Below, piece after piece: positions 39,312-49,333 of a DNA stretch of 56,884 bases. The notes below the pieces were generated by a model. That model saw only the letters and a list, made by a program, of their open reading frames with translations, made no database searches and was not told the origin of the DNA. The DNA lies in sequence record DRR723986_1321; one strand, 5' to 3'. Numbering within the stretch: position 1 is the first letter of the stretch; every line of letters starts with the position of its first letter. The position numbers were made by a program, and so were the translations under genes.

Positions 39312-40325
39312 TCAGAAGCGCACGCCCGCCGGGGGCTCGTAATTCTGCAAGACATCGAGGTAATTCGCGCGCGCGTAATCCGCCGGTCGGGGGGCGTTCT
39401 GCGCGCTGAGACTACCGCGCAACTGGCGCACACTGTCATATTCCTTCTGCTCCAGCCAGGCCTGCATTTCTGCCAGTATCTGCGCGGTGACCGCCGGACC
39501 CTCGCTGAGCAATACGCTGCACAGATGAACGACGCTGGCACCGGCGAGCAGCGCCTTGATGGCATCCGCAGCACAGTGGAAGCCACCGGTGACCGCAATG
39601 GAACACCGGGTGTGGCCGTAAAGCATTGCCGCCCAGCGCACCCGCAGCAGGGACTCTACCGGGCTGGAGAGACTGAGTTTTGGCGCAATATCGAGGGTCT
39701 CCAGATCGATATCCGGCTGGTAAAAACGGTTGAACAGGGACACACCCTTCGCGCCCACCGCTTCCAGTTTGCCCACCATGGCCAGGGGTGCGGTGAACTG
39801 GGGTGACAGTTTCACTGCCACCGGGATGCGCACCTGCTCCACCAGCTCACGCACGACCTCGACGTAGCGCGCCTCTACCGATTCGGCCGTGTCCAACGGG
39901 TCCCCTGCGATATAAAAAACGTTCAGCTCAATGGCATCAGCGCCCGCCGATTCCAGCGCCAGCGCATTCGGCAGCCAGCCGCCGGCGGTGATGCCGTTCA
40001 GGCTCGCAACCACCGGTATCTGCAGGCCCTGCTTCATGCTCACCAGGTTTTCCAGGTAGCGCTCTTCGGTGCTGCGATAGGCTGTCGGCAAGGGCCGGAA
40101 GCTCTGCGCCTCGCCATGGCCCAGCGTCTGCTCATCGAGAAAGCGATCCAGCCGCGCCTGTTCCGCGAGAATCGTCTCCTCGAACAAGGAGGGCAGGACA
40201 ATGGCCGCAGCACCGGCATCTTCCAAACGGCGGGCACCGGCAAGATCACGGGTCAGCGGCGAACTCGACGGTACCAGGGGATTGGCCAGCGTCAGTCCAA
40301 GGTAGTCGGTACTCAGGTCTGCCAT
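39312..40325 (-). CDS. Dihydroorotate dehydrogenase-like flavoprotein
   Basis: LSTDYLGL.L.NP, SLFEE, ASLNG, AVKLSP, FNRFYQPDID, TGG; directly downstream of nifJ. Confidence 0.88.
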   Translation of the reverse strand: MADLSTDYLGLTLANPLVPSSSPLTRDLAGARRLEDAGAAAIVLPSLFEETILAEQARLDRFLDEQTLGHGEAQSFRPLPTAYRSTEERYLENLVSMKQGLQIPVVASLNGITAGGWLPNALALESAGADAIELNVFYIAGDPLDTAESVEARYVEVVRELVEQVRIPVAVKLSPQFTAPLAMVGKLEAVGAKGVSLFNRFYQPDIDLETLDIAPKLSLSSPVESLLRVRWAAMLYGHTRCSIAVTGGFHCAADAIKALLAGASVVHLCSVLLSEGPAVTAQILAEMQAWLEQKEYDSVRQLRGSLSAQNAPRPADYARANYLDVLQNYEPPAGVRF

Positions 40326-40328
40326 GGT

Positions 40329-43300
40329 CTAGCCCTCCTCGCCCGGCGCAGCCTGCTTGCGCGCCTGGGCCCTGGCGGAATCCATTCTGTCTCCCTCGCT
40401 CCAGGCCATCGCGGAAAGCTGCCGATAGTGGTGAAAACGCTGGTCGACCTCCGCCTGGGCCTGCGCGGCAAAGGTTTCGGCCGACTCGGGATGGGTATTC
40501 CACAGCATGGCGAAGCGCGTTTCCGACTCCATGTATTGTCGGTAAGGCACACTGGGCTCCTTCGAGTCGAGTTGCAGGGGATTGAGCCCGCTGGCAGCAC
40601 GCGCCGGGTTGAATCGAAACAGCGGCCAGTGACCGCTCTTTACCGCCAGATCCTGCTGGTGATGGTTGTTGGACAGATCCACACCGTGGGCAATACAGGG
40701 GCTGAAGGCAATGATCAGTGACGGACCCGGGTGCGCCTCCGCTTCGAGGAAGGCTTTCAAAGTCTGGGTATCCTTGGCGCCGTAGGCGACATGCGCCACG
40801 TACACGTCGGGATACTCCATGGCGAGCAGCGCCAGATCCTTCTTCGCCACCGACTTGCCGCCGGCGGAGAACTTGGCCACCGCCCCGCGCGGCGTCGCTT
40901 TCGACGTCTGGCCGCCGGTATTGGAGTAGACCTCCGTATCCAGCACCAGGATATTGACGTTCTCGCCGGTGGCGAGCACGTGGTCGAGACCGCCATAGCC
41001 GATGTCATAGGCCCAACCGTCACCGCCCACGGCCCACACCGACTTGCGGCACAGGTTTTCCGCCAACTCCAGCAGGTTCCGGGCCCGCTCATCATCACCC
41101 AGATCACGCAGTCGCGCGCGCAATCGCGCCACCCGTTCCCGCTGTTCATGGATTGTCGCCTCGTCGCTCTCCTCGGCCGCGAGAATGGCGTCGACCAGCT
41201 CACTGTCATCCAACTCGTCGCGTAGTGCTGCAAGCAGGCTGCGCGCCTGCTGCGCCTGTTGATCCACAGCCAGTCGCATGCCCAGGGCGAACTCGGCATT
41301 GTCTTCAAACAGTGAGTTATTCCAGGCGGGACCCCGCCCCTCAGGGTTGGTGGTCCAGGGTGTCGTCGGCAGGTTGCCCCCGTAAATGGAGGAACAACCG
41401 GTCGCGTTGGCTACCAGCATCCGATCCCCGAAAAGCTGGCTGGCGAGCTTCAGGTACGGCGTTTCGCCGCAGCCGACGCAGGCGCCGGAAAACTCGAACA
41501 GCGGTTGCAACACCATGGAGCCCGGTATCGTGGTCAGCTTCAATGCGCTGCGGTCGTACTCCGGCAGTTCGGTGAAGAACGCCCAGTTTTCCCGCTCGGG
41601 ATCACGTAGCGCATCCTGCGGAGCCATGTTGAGCGCCTTGTGGCTGGCATTACTCTTGTCCCTGATCGGGCAGATATCCACACACAGCGTGCAGCCCGTG
41701 CAGTCCTCCGGTGCCACCTGATAACTCATCAGCTGGTCGTCCGGGTAGTCCTTGCTGCGCACTGGCGCGGCCTTGAAGGTAGGGGGCGCTGCGGCCATCG
41801 TCGCCGCCGGGAATATCTTGCTACGGATCGCCGCGTGCGGGCACACCAGGGCACACTTGCCGCACTGGGTACACAGCACCTCGTCCCACACCGGTATTTC
41901 CAGCGCCAGGTTGCGCTTTTCGAGCCTGGCAGTTCCGGTCGGGAAACTGCCGTCATCAGGCATGGCGCTGACCGGGATCAGGTCGCCCTGCCCCGCCATG
42001 ATCCGACGGGTAACCCGGGACGCGAAATCGTCGCCGACGCTGTCCGCTTCGACAGCGGGCCCGTCTGCGGCGGCCGGGCCCGGCTCGACCCGGTGCAGGC
42101 CGGCCAGCGCGGCGTCGATGGCACTGAAATTGCGGGCCACGATCCGCTCTCCCCGACGGCCATAGGTTTTCTTCACCGCATCCTTGATCGCGGCGATCGC
42201 CTGCTCACCGGGCAAGACCTCGGCAATCGCAAAAAAACAGACCTGCATAATGGTGTTGATGCGTTTCCCCATACCGGCCTCTGAGGCTACCCGGTAGGCG
42301 TCGATACAGTAGAGCGCGATATTCTTGTCGCATAGCTGTCTTTGCAGCGCCGGCGGCAGGCTGCGCCAGAAATCCTCCGGAGCGATCGGCGTGTTGACCA
42401 AAAAACGCGCGCCGAGGGCGGCATAGTCAAGCATCTCTATGCGCTCGATAAAACCGGGCTGGTGACAGGCTATGAAGTCAGCCGAACCCGGTTCGATGAG
42501 ATAGCTGGAGCGAATTGGTCGAGGCCCAAAGCGCAAATGCGATACGGTCGTGGCCCCGGATTTCTTGGAATCGTAAACGAAGTAGCCTTGCGCGTGCAGC
42601 TCTGTCGACTCGCCGATAATCTTGATGCTGTTCTTGTTGGCACTCACGGTGCCGTCGCTGCCCAGGCCGAAGAACAGGGCCTGGAATGCACCATCATGCG
42701 CATCGGTGCGGAAGTCAGGATCCCAGGCCAGGCTGGTCTGACCCACATCGTCATGGATGCCGATGGTAAAGCCATTGTAAGGCGTCGCGGCCTGCAGCTC
42801 ATCGAACACCGCCTTGACCATGGCCGGGGTAAACTCCTTGGACGACAGGCCGAAGCGCCCGCCAATAACCCGGGGCAGCCTGGCGAAGTGGCCATCACCC
42901 ATGGCGTCACGCGCCAGCGCGGTGAGTACATCCTTGTACAGGGGTTCACCGTCGGCACCGGGCTCCTTGGTGCGATCGAGCACGGCGATAGCCCGAGTGC
43001 TGGCGGGCAGCGCCTGCAACAGCGCGCCGGCATCGAATGGGCGGTAGAGCCGAACTTTCAACAAGCCGACCGGCTCGCCCTGGCGCACCAGGAAGTCCAC
43101 CGTTTCCTCGGCGGTTTCCGCACCGGAACCCATAAGCACCACCACCCGCTCCGCCTCAGGGTGCCCGCAGTAGTCGAACAGGCGGTAGTGGCGACCAGTG
43201 AGTTCGCCAAACTGGTCCATTAACTGTTGCACCACGGCCGGGAACGCAGCGTAGTAGGGATTCACCGTTTCCCGTGCCTGGAAATACACGTCCGGATTCT

Positions 43301-43961
43301 GGGAGCTGCCGCGCAGCACAGGATGCTCTGGCGACAGGGCGCGGCGGCGATGGGCATGCAGGTGCTGGTCATCGATCATGGCGCGAACCACCGACTCCGG
43401 CACCTCGCTGATTTTTGCGACCTCGTGGGAGGTGCGGAAGCCGTCAAAGAAATGCAGCACCGGTATCCTGCCTGCAAGACTGGCCGCCTGGGCGATCAGC
43501 GCGAAGTCCATGACTTCCTGAGGGCAATTGGAGGCGAGCATGGCAAAGCCGGTAGCCCGGGCCGCCATCACATCACTGTGATCACCGAAAATTGACAGGG
43601 CCTGACAGGCCAGGGAGCGCGCCGCCACATGGAAAACCGCCGGAGTCAATTCACCGGCGATCTTGTACATATTGGGCAGCATGAGCAGCAAACCCTGGGA
43701 GGCGGTAAAAGTCGTGGTCAGGGCGCCGGCCTGCAGCGCGCCGTGAATGGCACCCGCCGCGCCGCCCTCACTCTGCATTTCCACTACCCGGGGCACACTG
43801 CCCCAGAGATTGGTGCGCCCCTGGGCCGACCATTCATCCGCCCACTCCCCCATGGCGGAGGACGGGGTAATCGGGTAGATGGCTATGACCTCGTTGGTCA
43901 GGTGGGCGATCCGGGCCGCCGCCTCATTGCCGTCAATCGTGACGGACTCCGCCGACTGCAT
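40329..43961 (-). CDS. nifJ: Pyruvate:ferredoxin (flavodoxin) oxidoreductase
   Basis: IYPITPSS, MQSEGGA, two ferredoxin Cys motifs, FSGACVGCGE, GGDGWAYDIG. Confidence 0.97.
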   Translation of the reverse strand: MQSAESVTIDGNEAAARIAHLTNEVIAIYPITPSSAMGEWADEWSAQGRTNLWGSVPRVVEMQSEGGAAGAIHGALQAGALTTTFTASQGLLLMLPNMYKIAGELTPAVFHVAARSLACQALSIFGDHSDVMAARATGFAMLASNCPQEVMDFALIAQAASLAGRIPVLHFFDGFRTSHEVAKISEVPESVVRAMIDDQHLHAHRRRALSPEHPVLRGSSQNPDVYFQARETVNPYYAAFPAVVQQLMDQFGELTGRHYRLFDYCGHPEAERVVVLMGSGAETAEETVDFLVRQGEPVGLLKVRLYRPFDAGALLQALPASTRAIAVLDRTKEPGADGEPLYKDVLTALARDAMGDGHFARLPRVIGGRFGLSSKEFTPAMVKAVFDELQAATPYNGFTIGIHDDVGQTSLAWDPDFRTDAHDGAFQALFFGLGSDGTVSANKNSIKIIGESTELHAQGYFVYDSKKSGATTVSHLRFGPRPIRSSYLIEPGSADFIACHQPGFIERIEMLDYAALGARFLVNTPIAPEDFWRSLPPALQRQLCDKNIALYCIDAYRVASEAGMGKRINTIMQVCFFAIAEVLPGEQAIAAIKDAVKKTYGRRGERIVARNFSAIDAALAGLHRVEPGPAAADGPAVEADSVGDDFASRVTRRIMAGQGDLIPVSAMPDDGSFPTGTARLEKRNLALEIPVWDEVLCTQCGKCALVCPHAAIRSKIFPAATMAAAPPTFKAAPVRSKDYPDDQLMSYQVAPEDCTGCTLCVDICPIRDKSNASHKALNMAPQDALRDPERENWAFFTELPEYDRSALKLTTIPGSMVLQPLFEFSGACVGCGETPYLKLASQLFGDRMLVANATGCSSIYGGNLPTTPWTTNPEGRGPAWNNSLFEDNAEFALGMRLAVDQQAQQARSLLAALRDELDDSELVDAILAAEESDEATIHEQRERVARLRARLRDLGDDERARNLLELAENLCRKSVWAVGGDGWAYDIGYGGLDHVLATGENVNILVLDTEVYSNTGGQTSKATPRGAVAKFSAGGKSVAKKDLALLAMEYPDVYVAHVAYGAKDTQTLKAFLEAEAHPGPSLIIAFSPCIAHGVDLSNNHHQQDLAVKSGHWPLFRFNPARAASGLNPLQLDSKEPSVPYRQYMESETRFAMLWNTHPESAETFAAQAQAEVDQRFHHYRQLSAMAWSEGDRMDSARAQARKQAAPGEEG

Positions 43962-44022
43962 GGCCCTGCCTCCCTTGCCGCACTGTGTCTGGGCCATACT
44001 AGGCCAGCGCGATCAGGGGGCA

Positions 44023-44036
44023 TTGATATCGGTCAG
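44023..44036 (-). promoter_or_regulatory. FNR/ANR-type box for nifJ
   Basis: TTGAT-ATCG-GTCAG (8/10 match), centred about -41 from a minus-strand -10 TAGTAT at 44001-43996. Confidence 0.6.
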
Positions 44037-44124
44037 GATTTCGACGGTGAGCCGGGTGCGCGCCGAGAGAGGCACGCGGGCAGGTGCTCGCGCACCCTTA
44101 GCCATCCCCTCCGAAATCTGGGAC

Positions 44125-44153
44125 AAAAAAAAGCCCGGCGACATCGCCGGGCT
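44125..44153 (-). terminator. Rho-independent terminator
   Basis: Minus strand reads AGCCCGGCG-ATGT-CGCCGGGC followed by T8, downstream of the 695-aa gene. Confidence 0.9.
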
Positions 44154-44198
44154 GGCAAGGGTGGCGCACGCCGGGGCAGTGCGCCGGACCTGGACGAC

Positions 44199-46286
44199 TT
44201 ACTTGGCCCTGACCACCGTAGTGGCGGTGGACTGATCGAGCAGCTCGCCATTTGAGTAAAGCTCGACAACCCAATCTATCGTGCTCTCCTCCAGGGGGGC
44301 GGTCCATTCATGGGTGAACCGGTCGGACTGACCGGGCTCGATGCCATCAAATGTGCCGGTGAAAGTATCCACGCCATTGGCCGTGATGATGTAACTCCCC
44401 GAGCCAATCGCTGGGGCGTTGTCACCCACCAGTACTTTCACCGTCACCTTGTCCACATCACCGGTGAAGGCCTTGGTCGGCACCTTGAACTGCTGCACGG
44501 TTGCCTCGGTTATCGGCGGCAGCACCTCTTCGAACTCATTGATGACGAGTTGGGCGCTGTACAGTGCTGTCGACTTGCGATCACCCTTGATGTACACGGC
44601 AAGGTCGAAGTCTGTTGTCATCGGTAAACCGTTTGAGGTGATGCCAATACAGTCTTCATCCGCTGCGCAGTACTCGTCTATAGTCACCAGCGGGTCACCA
44701 AGTGCGTCTCTGGGCAGGCCCACCCAACCACTGGAGTAACGCAGAGGTGAGTTGTCCTCACCACCGGCCCAGTCCAGCAGGTTGATGACGGTCGTGACCG
44801 GCGTACCCACCTCATATTTGATGTTGTCATTGGTGAACGGCGGTGCACTGCACTCGACCGCCGGAATTTCCAGACCCGGAATATCCTGGCCGAACTTGTT
44901 GGCCTTCAGGCGCCAGCGTGGGCCGGATACCAGCTGCAGGTTGCGGCTGGAAAGTTCTTCCGGCGTCAGTGGCAGCGGAGTGCCTACAAAATTGAAGGTA
45001 TCCGTGGCGCCTGCGTCCACGTACGACCATTCGAAGGGATCGCGGTCGATGGTGGTGTAGAAGGCGTTGGTGTACGCCTCAACCAGGTCGGAAGAGAAGA
45101 CCTGGGGCGGCGCAATGCCTGCGGGCGCACCGGCATACTCTGCATTTTTAAAGATCGTAATACCTGCTTCGACCGGTGCGGGGTCCTCAGAACCCTCTTC
45201 CGTTTCCAGGTAATCACCGTCACCTTCCCAGCAGTCTTTGGTGGCTAACCAGTCACCGCCACCTGTGACGCTGTAGGACGGTTTGCGCCCGGTCGCTGCC
45301 TCGTTCTCCAGGTCTTCCGGTCGCAGCTGGTCATTCGGGTTATTGGTGATCCAGTGAGTGACTACCAGCTTTGCGCTGTTAATCAGGTAGTTGGCACCCG
45401 GCTCTTTCCACTCAGGTGGCAGCGGAATACGCGCGTACAGGCGAATATCGTTAGGCCGCTTGATCAGGCTGCCCCAGCGGTACAGCGGCTTGCCGTCATC
45501 CTTGAGCGTGACCGAATAGTCACCACTCGCTGCAATATCGTTTAGTACCGTGGTGTTGTCGTTGGCGTAAATCTGGCCGCCGTCACCCGGAAGTGGCACG
45601 ACACTTTCAAGCACGACGTCGGTTTTTTCACCGTCGACAAGAATTTTCAGAACATCATCCAGGCTAGCGTTCGCACAGTCATAGCTTTCACCACCTTCCG
45701 GGAAGCTGAGTATGGCCTGTTGGTTATTGAGGAAATCGAAGAAAAAATACGGCACCACTTCGTGGCAGCTCAGCACGTGCTCCATCACCGTGTAGTGTTC
45801 CGTGGAACACTTGATCGAGGTGCCTCCGAGGCCCTGACACCAGGTACCCAGCGGCGGCTTGACCTTGTAGGTGTCGGTCGCGGCGTTAGATATTTTCAAA
45901 CCGATGATCTCGCCGCCTTCCACGATATTGCCGACAAAACCTTCCGCGAAGTCATCATCACGGGTCTTGGGCTCGGCACCCAGAAAATCCACCACGTTAA
46001 AACCGAACTCGGAGTCAACCGGGTACAGCCAAACGCCCTGCTTGTCGGTAAACGGCTGGGCCTCTGCCGGGCAACTGCCTTCGCAGAGCGCCTCCGCATC
46101 CTCGCGAGTCGGTATTGTTCCGCCGATGGTTGCGCCACTGAAATCTGTCTGCACATCATTAACAGAAAACGTATGTAGCTCTGATTCATAGGGCGCCGCC
46201 ACTTCCTGGGCCTGCAGCGCAGCCGTGGCTAGCGCGACACTGGCGCTGGCAATGGCCAGGATCATTGGCTTCTTGAGATAGTTCAT
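44199..46286 (-). CDS. Large acidic secreted hypothetical protein with a C-terminal Ig/CARDB-like domain
   Basis: Signal peptide, AAGGAG RBS, 695 aa, D/E-rich, several Cys, beta-sandwich-like tail. Confidence 0.8.
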   Translation of the reverse strand: MNYLKKPMILAIASASVALATAALQAQEVAAPYESELHTFSVNDVQTDFSGATIGGTIPTREDAEALCEGSCPAEAQPFTDKQGVWLYPVDSEFGFNVVDFLGAEPKTRDDDFAEGFVGNIVEGGEIIGLKISNAATDTYKVKPPLGTWCQGLGGTSIKCSTEHYTVMEHVLSCHEVVPYFFFDFLNNQQAILSFPEGGESYDCANASLDDVLKILVDGEKTDVVLESVVPLPGDGGQIYANDNTTVLNDIAASGDYSVTLKDDGKPLYRWGSLIKRPNDIRLYARIPLPPEWKEPGANYLINSAKLVVTHWITNNPNDQLRPEDLENEAATGRKPSYSVTGGGDWLATKDCWEGDGDYLETEEGSEDPAPVEAGITIFKNAEYAGAPAGIAPPQVFSSDLVEAYTNAFYTTIDRDPFEWSYVDAGATDTFNFVGTPLPLTPEELSSRNLQLVSGPRWRLKANKFGQDIPGLEIPAVECSAPPFTNDNIKYEVGTPVTTVINLLDWAGGEDNSPLRYSSGWVGLPRDALGDPLVTIDEYCAADEDCIGITSNGLPMTTDFDLAVYIKGDRKSTALYSAQLVINEFEEVLPPITEATVQQFKVPTKAFTGDVDKVTVKVLVGDNAPAIGSGSYIITANGVDTFTGTFDGIEPGQSDRFTHEWTAPLEESTIDWVVELYSNGELLDQSTATTVVRAK

Positions 46287-46404
46287 CTGAGTTGCTCTCC
46301 TTGAGTCTTATGACTCTTATCTACTCATCGTCTTGGTTTGATGCGCGTACTGCTTAACATCGGTAGAAACGGGCTGGCGTTCGCCCCGTAGGGACGACGT
46401 CGCG

Positions 46405-46776
46405 CTACCTTCCCGATTTTTGGGGCCGATTCTTGTCTCCGGCAGGTACACCCCCGCCGTCACCTTTTTTCATACCACCGGATTTACCACCGACACAGGG
46501 GCTGCCGGGCTGTCCGCCCTGACCACTGCCCCGGTTGCCGCAGTCAACCCCTGGCTTGTTCACATCCCGGGTCTGCTCACGGGACAATTCACGGTAGCGC
46601 TCGGTGATTTCCTTGCGCTCCTGATCACCGGATGCCTGGTTCAGCTGCCGCTGGTATTCCTGGCGCTGCTCCTGGTTAAGCTGACTCATAAGGGGATCAC
46701 CCTCCGGATCTGCCGCCATGACGGCGCTGGCGCATAGCAAGGCAGTGGAAATAATGACTGATGACAATGGACGCAT
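46405..46776 (-). CDS. Small exported helical protein with a Gly-rich tail
   Basis: Signal peptide, Q/E/R-rich helices, GGAGG RBS. Confidence 0.7.
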   Translation of the reverse strand: MRPLSSVIISTALLCASAVMAADPEGDPLMSQLNQEQRQEYQRQLNQASGDQERKEITERYRELSREQTRDVNKPGVDCGNRGSGQGGQPGSPCVGGKSGGMKKGDGGGVPAGDKNRPQKSGR

Positions 46777-46799
46777 GAGAACCTCCGGTTCTATTTTCG

Positions 46800-47828
46800 C
46801 TAGTAGTTGGCTTTTACAAATTCGAGAGACAGGGTGCTTTCCCGCTCCAGAATGCCGGTGCTTGAGTACTCACTGGTGACCTCAAAAGACCTGATAACCC
46901 CTTTGGCAGGTGCTACCCAGAGCTCCGCCTGGCGGTCAATCGCATTGCCGCGCTTGTTCTCGGCATAGGTGACGAGGTACTCATAGCGGTCATGGATCAC
47001 TACCTTGTAGGCCGGGTAGGCAAGATCCCCAGGCGCCTCGGCAGTGGTTTCGAACCGCTCGATTGAGCGCGTACCTTCAGTAATCGGGCCCGAGGTGTGA
47101 CCGCTGTACATGATGTAGTAGTCGATCACAACGCTGCCGGCGGGCTCTGCCGGGGCGGGAACCGATTGCAGGCCATAGTCGGCCGTGCCGGTGGTCAGGT
47201 ACGGATTGCCATCAGCGTCTTCCAGGTCGACAAAGGTGCCGCTTGCGTCCTGGAGGAAACCGCTTACATAAGCAACTTTCTCACCGGATTCGTCGAAGGT
47301 GATGGTGCGGGTAAGGCGCAGCGCCGGCAGGCCCAGCTCGCTGAACACATAGTCGCTGTACACGTCACGAACGGTTACTGCGACGGACTGCGGCTCACCC
47401 CCACGCTGGAAAGTGTCCAGCGTACCCTTGAACACAACGACATCACCCGCCTGGTGGGACCGGATAGCATCAGTGGCGAGGAAATTTGGCTCGAGGTAAA
47501 ACACCTCGTCAGATTCGAGCAAGGCGATAAGCGCATCATGCCCGGCGAAGCCACTGGTCGCGAGGTAACAGGGCTGGACACTGCCACCGCAAAGCCCTCG
47601 GGGCTTATAGGTCCAACCGATGAACTGGTAGCCCGGGTCGGGATAGGCGGTGAACGTCTCCTCGAAGCTGATGTCAGGGACATCAACCGTGCAGCTTTCA
47701 CCACTGTCACAGAAAACTGTGCCCGACTCGGTGGCCACGTGGCCGTTGCCGGGTACTGTCAGGGCTATTTTGCAGCCAGCAAGAAACAGGGCTGTCAGCA
47801 GGATCAACAACTGTCTATAACGAATCAC
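46800..47828 (-). CDS. Hypothetical lipoprotein with an N-terminal InlB-B/bacterial-repeat-like domain
   Basis: Lipobox FLAGC; FTAYPDPGYQFIGW; four Cys in the N-terminal domain; AGGAG RBS with GTG start. Confidence 0.8.
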   Translation of the reverse strand: MIRYRQLLILLTALFLAGCKIALTVPGNGHVATESGTVFCDSGESCTVDVPDISFEETFTAYPDPGYQFIGWTYKPRGLCGGSVQPCYLATSGFAGHDALIALLESDEVFYLEPNFLATDAIRSHQAGDVVVFKGTLDTFQRGGEPQSVAVTVRDVYSDYVFSELGLPALRLTRTITFDESGEKVAYVSGFLQDASGTFVDLEDADGNPYLTTGTADYGLQSVPAPAEPAGSVVIDYYIMYSGHTSGPITEGTRSIERFETTAEAPGDLAYPAYKVVIHDRYEYLVTYAENKRGNAIDRQAELWVAPAKGVIRSFEVTSEYSSTGILERESTLSLEFVKANY

Positions 47829-47931
47829 TCAAGCAACTCCTTGTCGTGGGTCAGAACCCAGTACGACTTTATTACTTTTGGATATATCGTTATTCTCTTT
47901 TGTAGATTAGTCCTCAGGCAGGTAGCGAGCC

Positions 47932-47945
47932 ATGATCTACATCAA
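47932..47945 (-). promoter_or_regulatory. FNR/ANR-type box, class II position
   Basis: Minus strand TTGAT-GTAG-ATCAT (9/10 match), centred at -41.5 from the -10 TAATCT at 47909-47904. Confidence 0.7.
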
Positions 47946-48060
47946 GCAAGACAGCACTAGGCGAGCAGGGAACGGGGCCGGCAGGAATCCACCGGCAAAC
48001 GCTTGAAATACAGGGGTAGCGGCGCAGCGGCCGCCCGGGTATCAGAACAGGCGATGGCGG

Positions 48061-48846
48061 CTAGCGCACCAGGGTTGTGCCCCCGTCAACGGCGAGGATC
48101 TGCCCGGTAATAAAGGCACCGGCGCGACTGGCCAGCATGATGGCAACGCCGCTGATGTCATCCTCTTCACCCCAGCGATGCAGCGGGATATAGCCTATTT
48201 CAGCCTCGTACTGCGCCGTGTCCTGGCTGGCGTACTCGGTCATCCGGGTAAAGAAGCGCCCGGGGGCGATTGCATTGACCCGGATATGCTGGTCGGCAAG
48301 AGCGACGGCCAGATTACGCGTCACCTGGTGAATCGCCGCCTTGCTTGGCGCGTAGCTGAAGGTATCGGTCGCCGCGGCAATGCCGGCAATGGATCCGATA
48401 TTAATGACGCAGGCGGTGTTGTCGGCGGTCGCGCGGGCGCTCAACAGTGGGATCATTTCCCGGGTCAGGAAGAAAGGCGCTTTCACATTCAGGTCCATGA
48501 CCTTGTCCCAGCCCAGTTCGGGAAACTCCCCCAGTGGCGCGAGCCAGCCAACCCCGGCATTGTTTACCAGCACATCCACAGCGTCTTCCCGCTCACTGAG
48601 GGTGGCGACCAACTGGCTGATTTCAGCCATGGAACTGATGTTCCCGGGCAAGGCAATGCATTCACCCTCGACTTCTGCCGTCAGTTGCGCCGCAGCTTCG
48701 AGGCACTCGGGCGCCTTGCGTGCGGTAATGTAAACCCGGGTGGCACCAGCGGCGAGGAAGCCCCGCGCCATGAAGTAACCCAGGCCCCGCGAGCCACCGG
48801 TAACGACACACACCTTGTCGCGCAGAGAAAACAATTGATCAAACAT
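48061..48846 (-). CDS. SDR oxidoreductase
   Basis: TGGSRGLG, NNAG, YAPSK. Confidence 0.93.
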   Translation of the reverse strand: MFDQLFSLRDKVCVVTGGSRGLGYFMARGFLAAGATRVYITARKAPECLEAAAQLTAEVEGECIALPGNISSMAEISQLVATLSEREDAVDVLVNNAGVGWLAPLGEFPELGWDKVMDLNVKAPFFLTREMIPLLSARATADNTACVINIGSIAGIAAATDTFSYAPSKAAIHQVTRNLAVALADQHIRVNAIAPGRFFTRMTEYASQDTAQYEAEIGYIPLHRWGEEDDISGVAIMLASRAGAFITGQILAVDGGTTLVR

Positions 48847-48867
48847 GTCAGGGCGTCCTGCTGTGAG

Positions 48868-49305
48868 CTAGGCGTCAGCCGCCTGCTGGGCGATAGCGCG
48901 GATGCGGGCGACCATCGCGCGCAAGCCGTTACCCCGGGTCGGGGAGAGGTAGTTAAGCAACTCGAGGCGTTCAAAGTAGGCGTCGATATCGAAGGCGAGG
49001 GCCTGTTGCGGCGTCTTGTTATTGTACGCCGCCAGCACCACACCGAGCAGGCCTTTGACAATAAAGGCATCGCTGTCCACCGCAATCTGCAGGCGGCCGT
49101 CCTCCAGCGAGGTATCGATCCACACCTGGCTCTGGCAGCCGCGTACCAGGCGGTCCTCGGTATGCAACTCCGCTGCCATGAGCGGCAGTTCCCGACCCAG
49201 TTCGATGATGTACTTGTAGCGGTCTTCCCAGTTGTCGAAGAAACCCAGCGTGTCGATGATATCGTCGCTGTCTATCGAATACCCGAAGGGGTTGTTGTCA
49301 GCCAT
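48868..49305 (-). CDS. sufE: Cysteine desulfuration protein SufE
   Basis: WEDRYKYIIELG, VRGCQSQVW, SPTRGNGL. Confidence 0.93.
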   Translation of the reverse strand: MADNNPFGYSIDSDDIIDTLGFFDNWEDRYKYIIELGRELPLMAAELHTEDRLVRGCQSQVWIDTSLEDGRLQIAVDSDAFIVKGLLGVVLAAYNNKTPQQALAFDIDAYFERLELLNYLSPTRGNGLRAMVARIRAIAQQAADA

Positions 49306-49333
49306 GCCGGCGCCCTGTACTTGCGTCATCGGA

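Noticed and set aside
43962-43997. Longer nifJ start (MAQTQ...)
   Set aside because: That ATG overlaps the predicted -10, whereas ATG 43961 has a GGGAGG RBS.
44199-46286. Multiheme cytochrome assignment for the 695-aa protein
   Set aside because: No CxxCH motif; only an isolated SCH.
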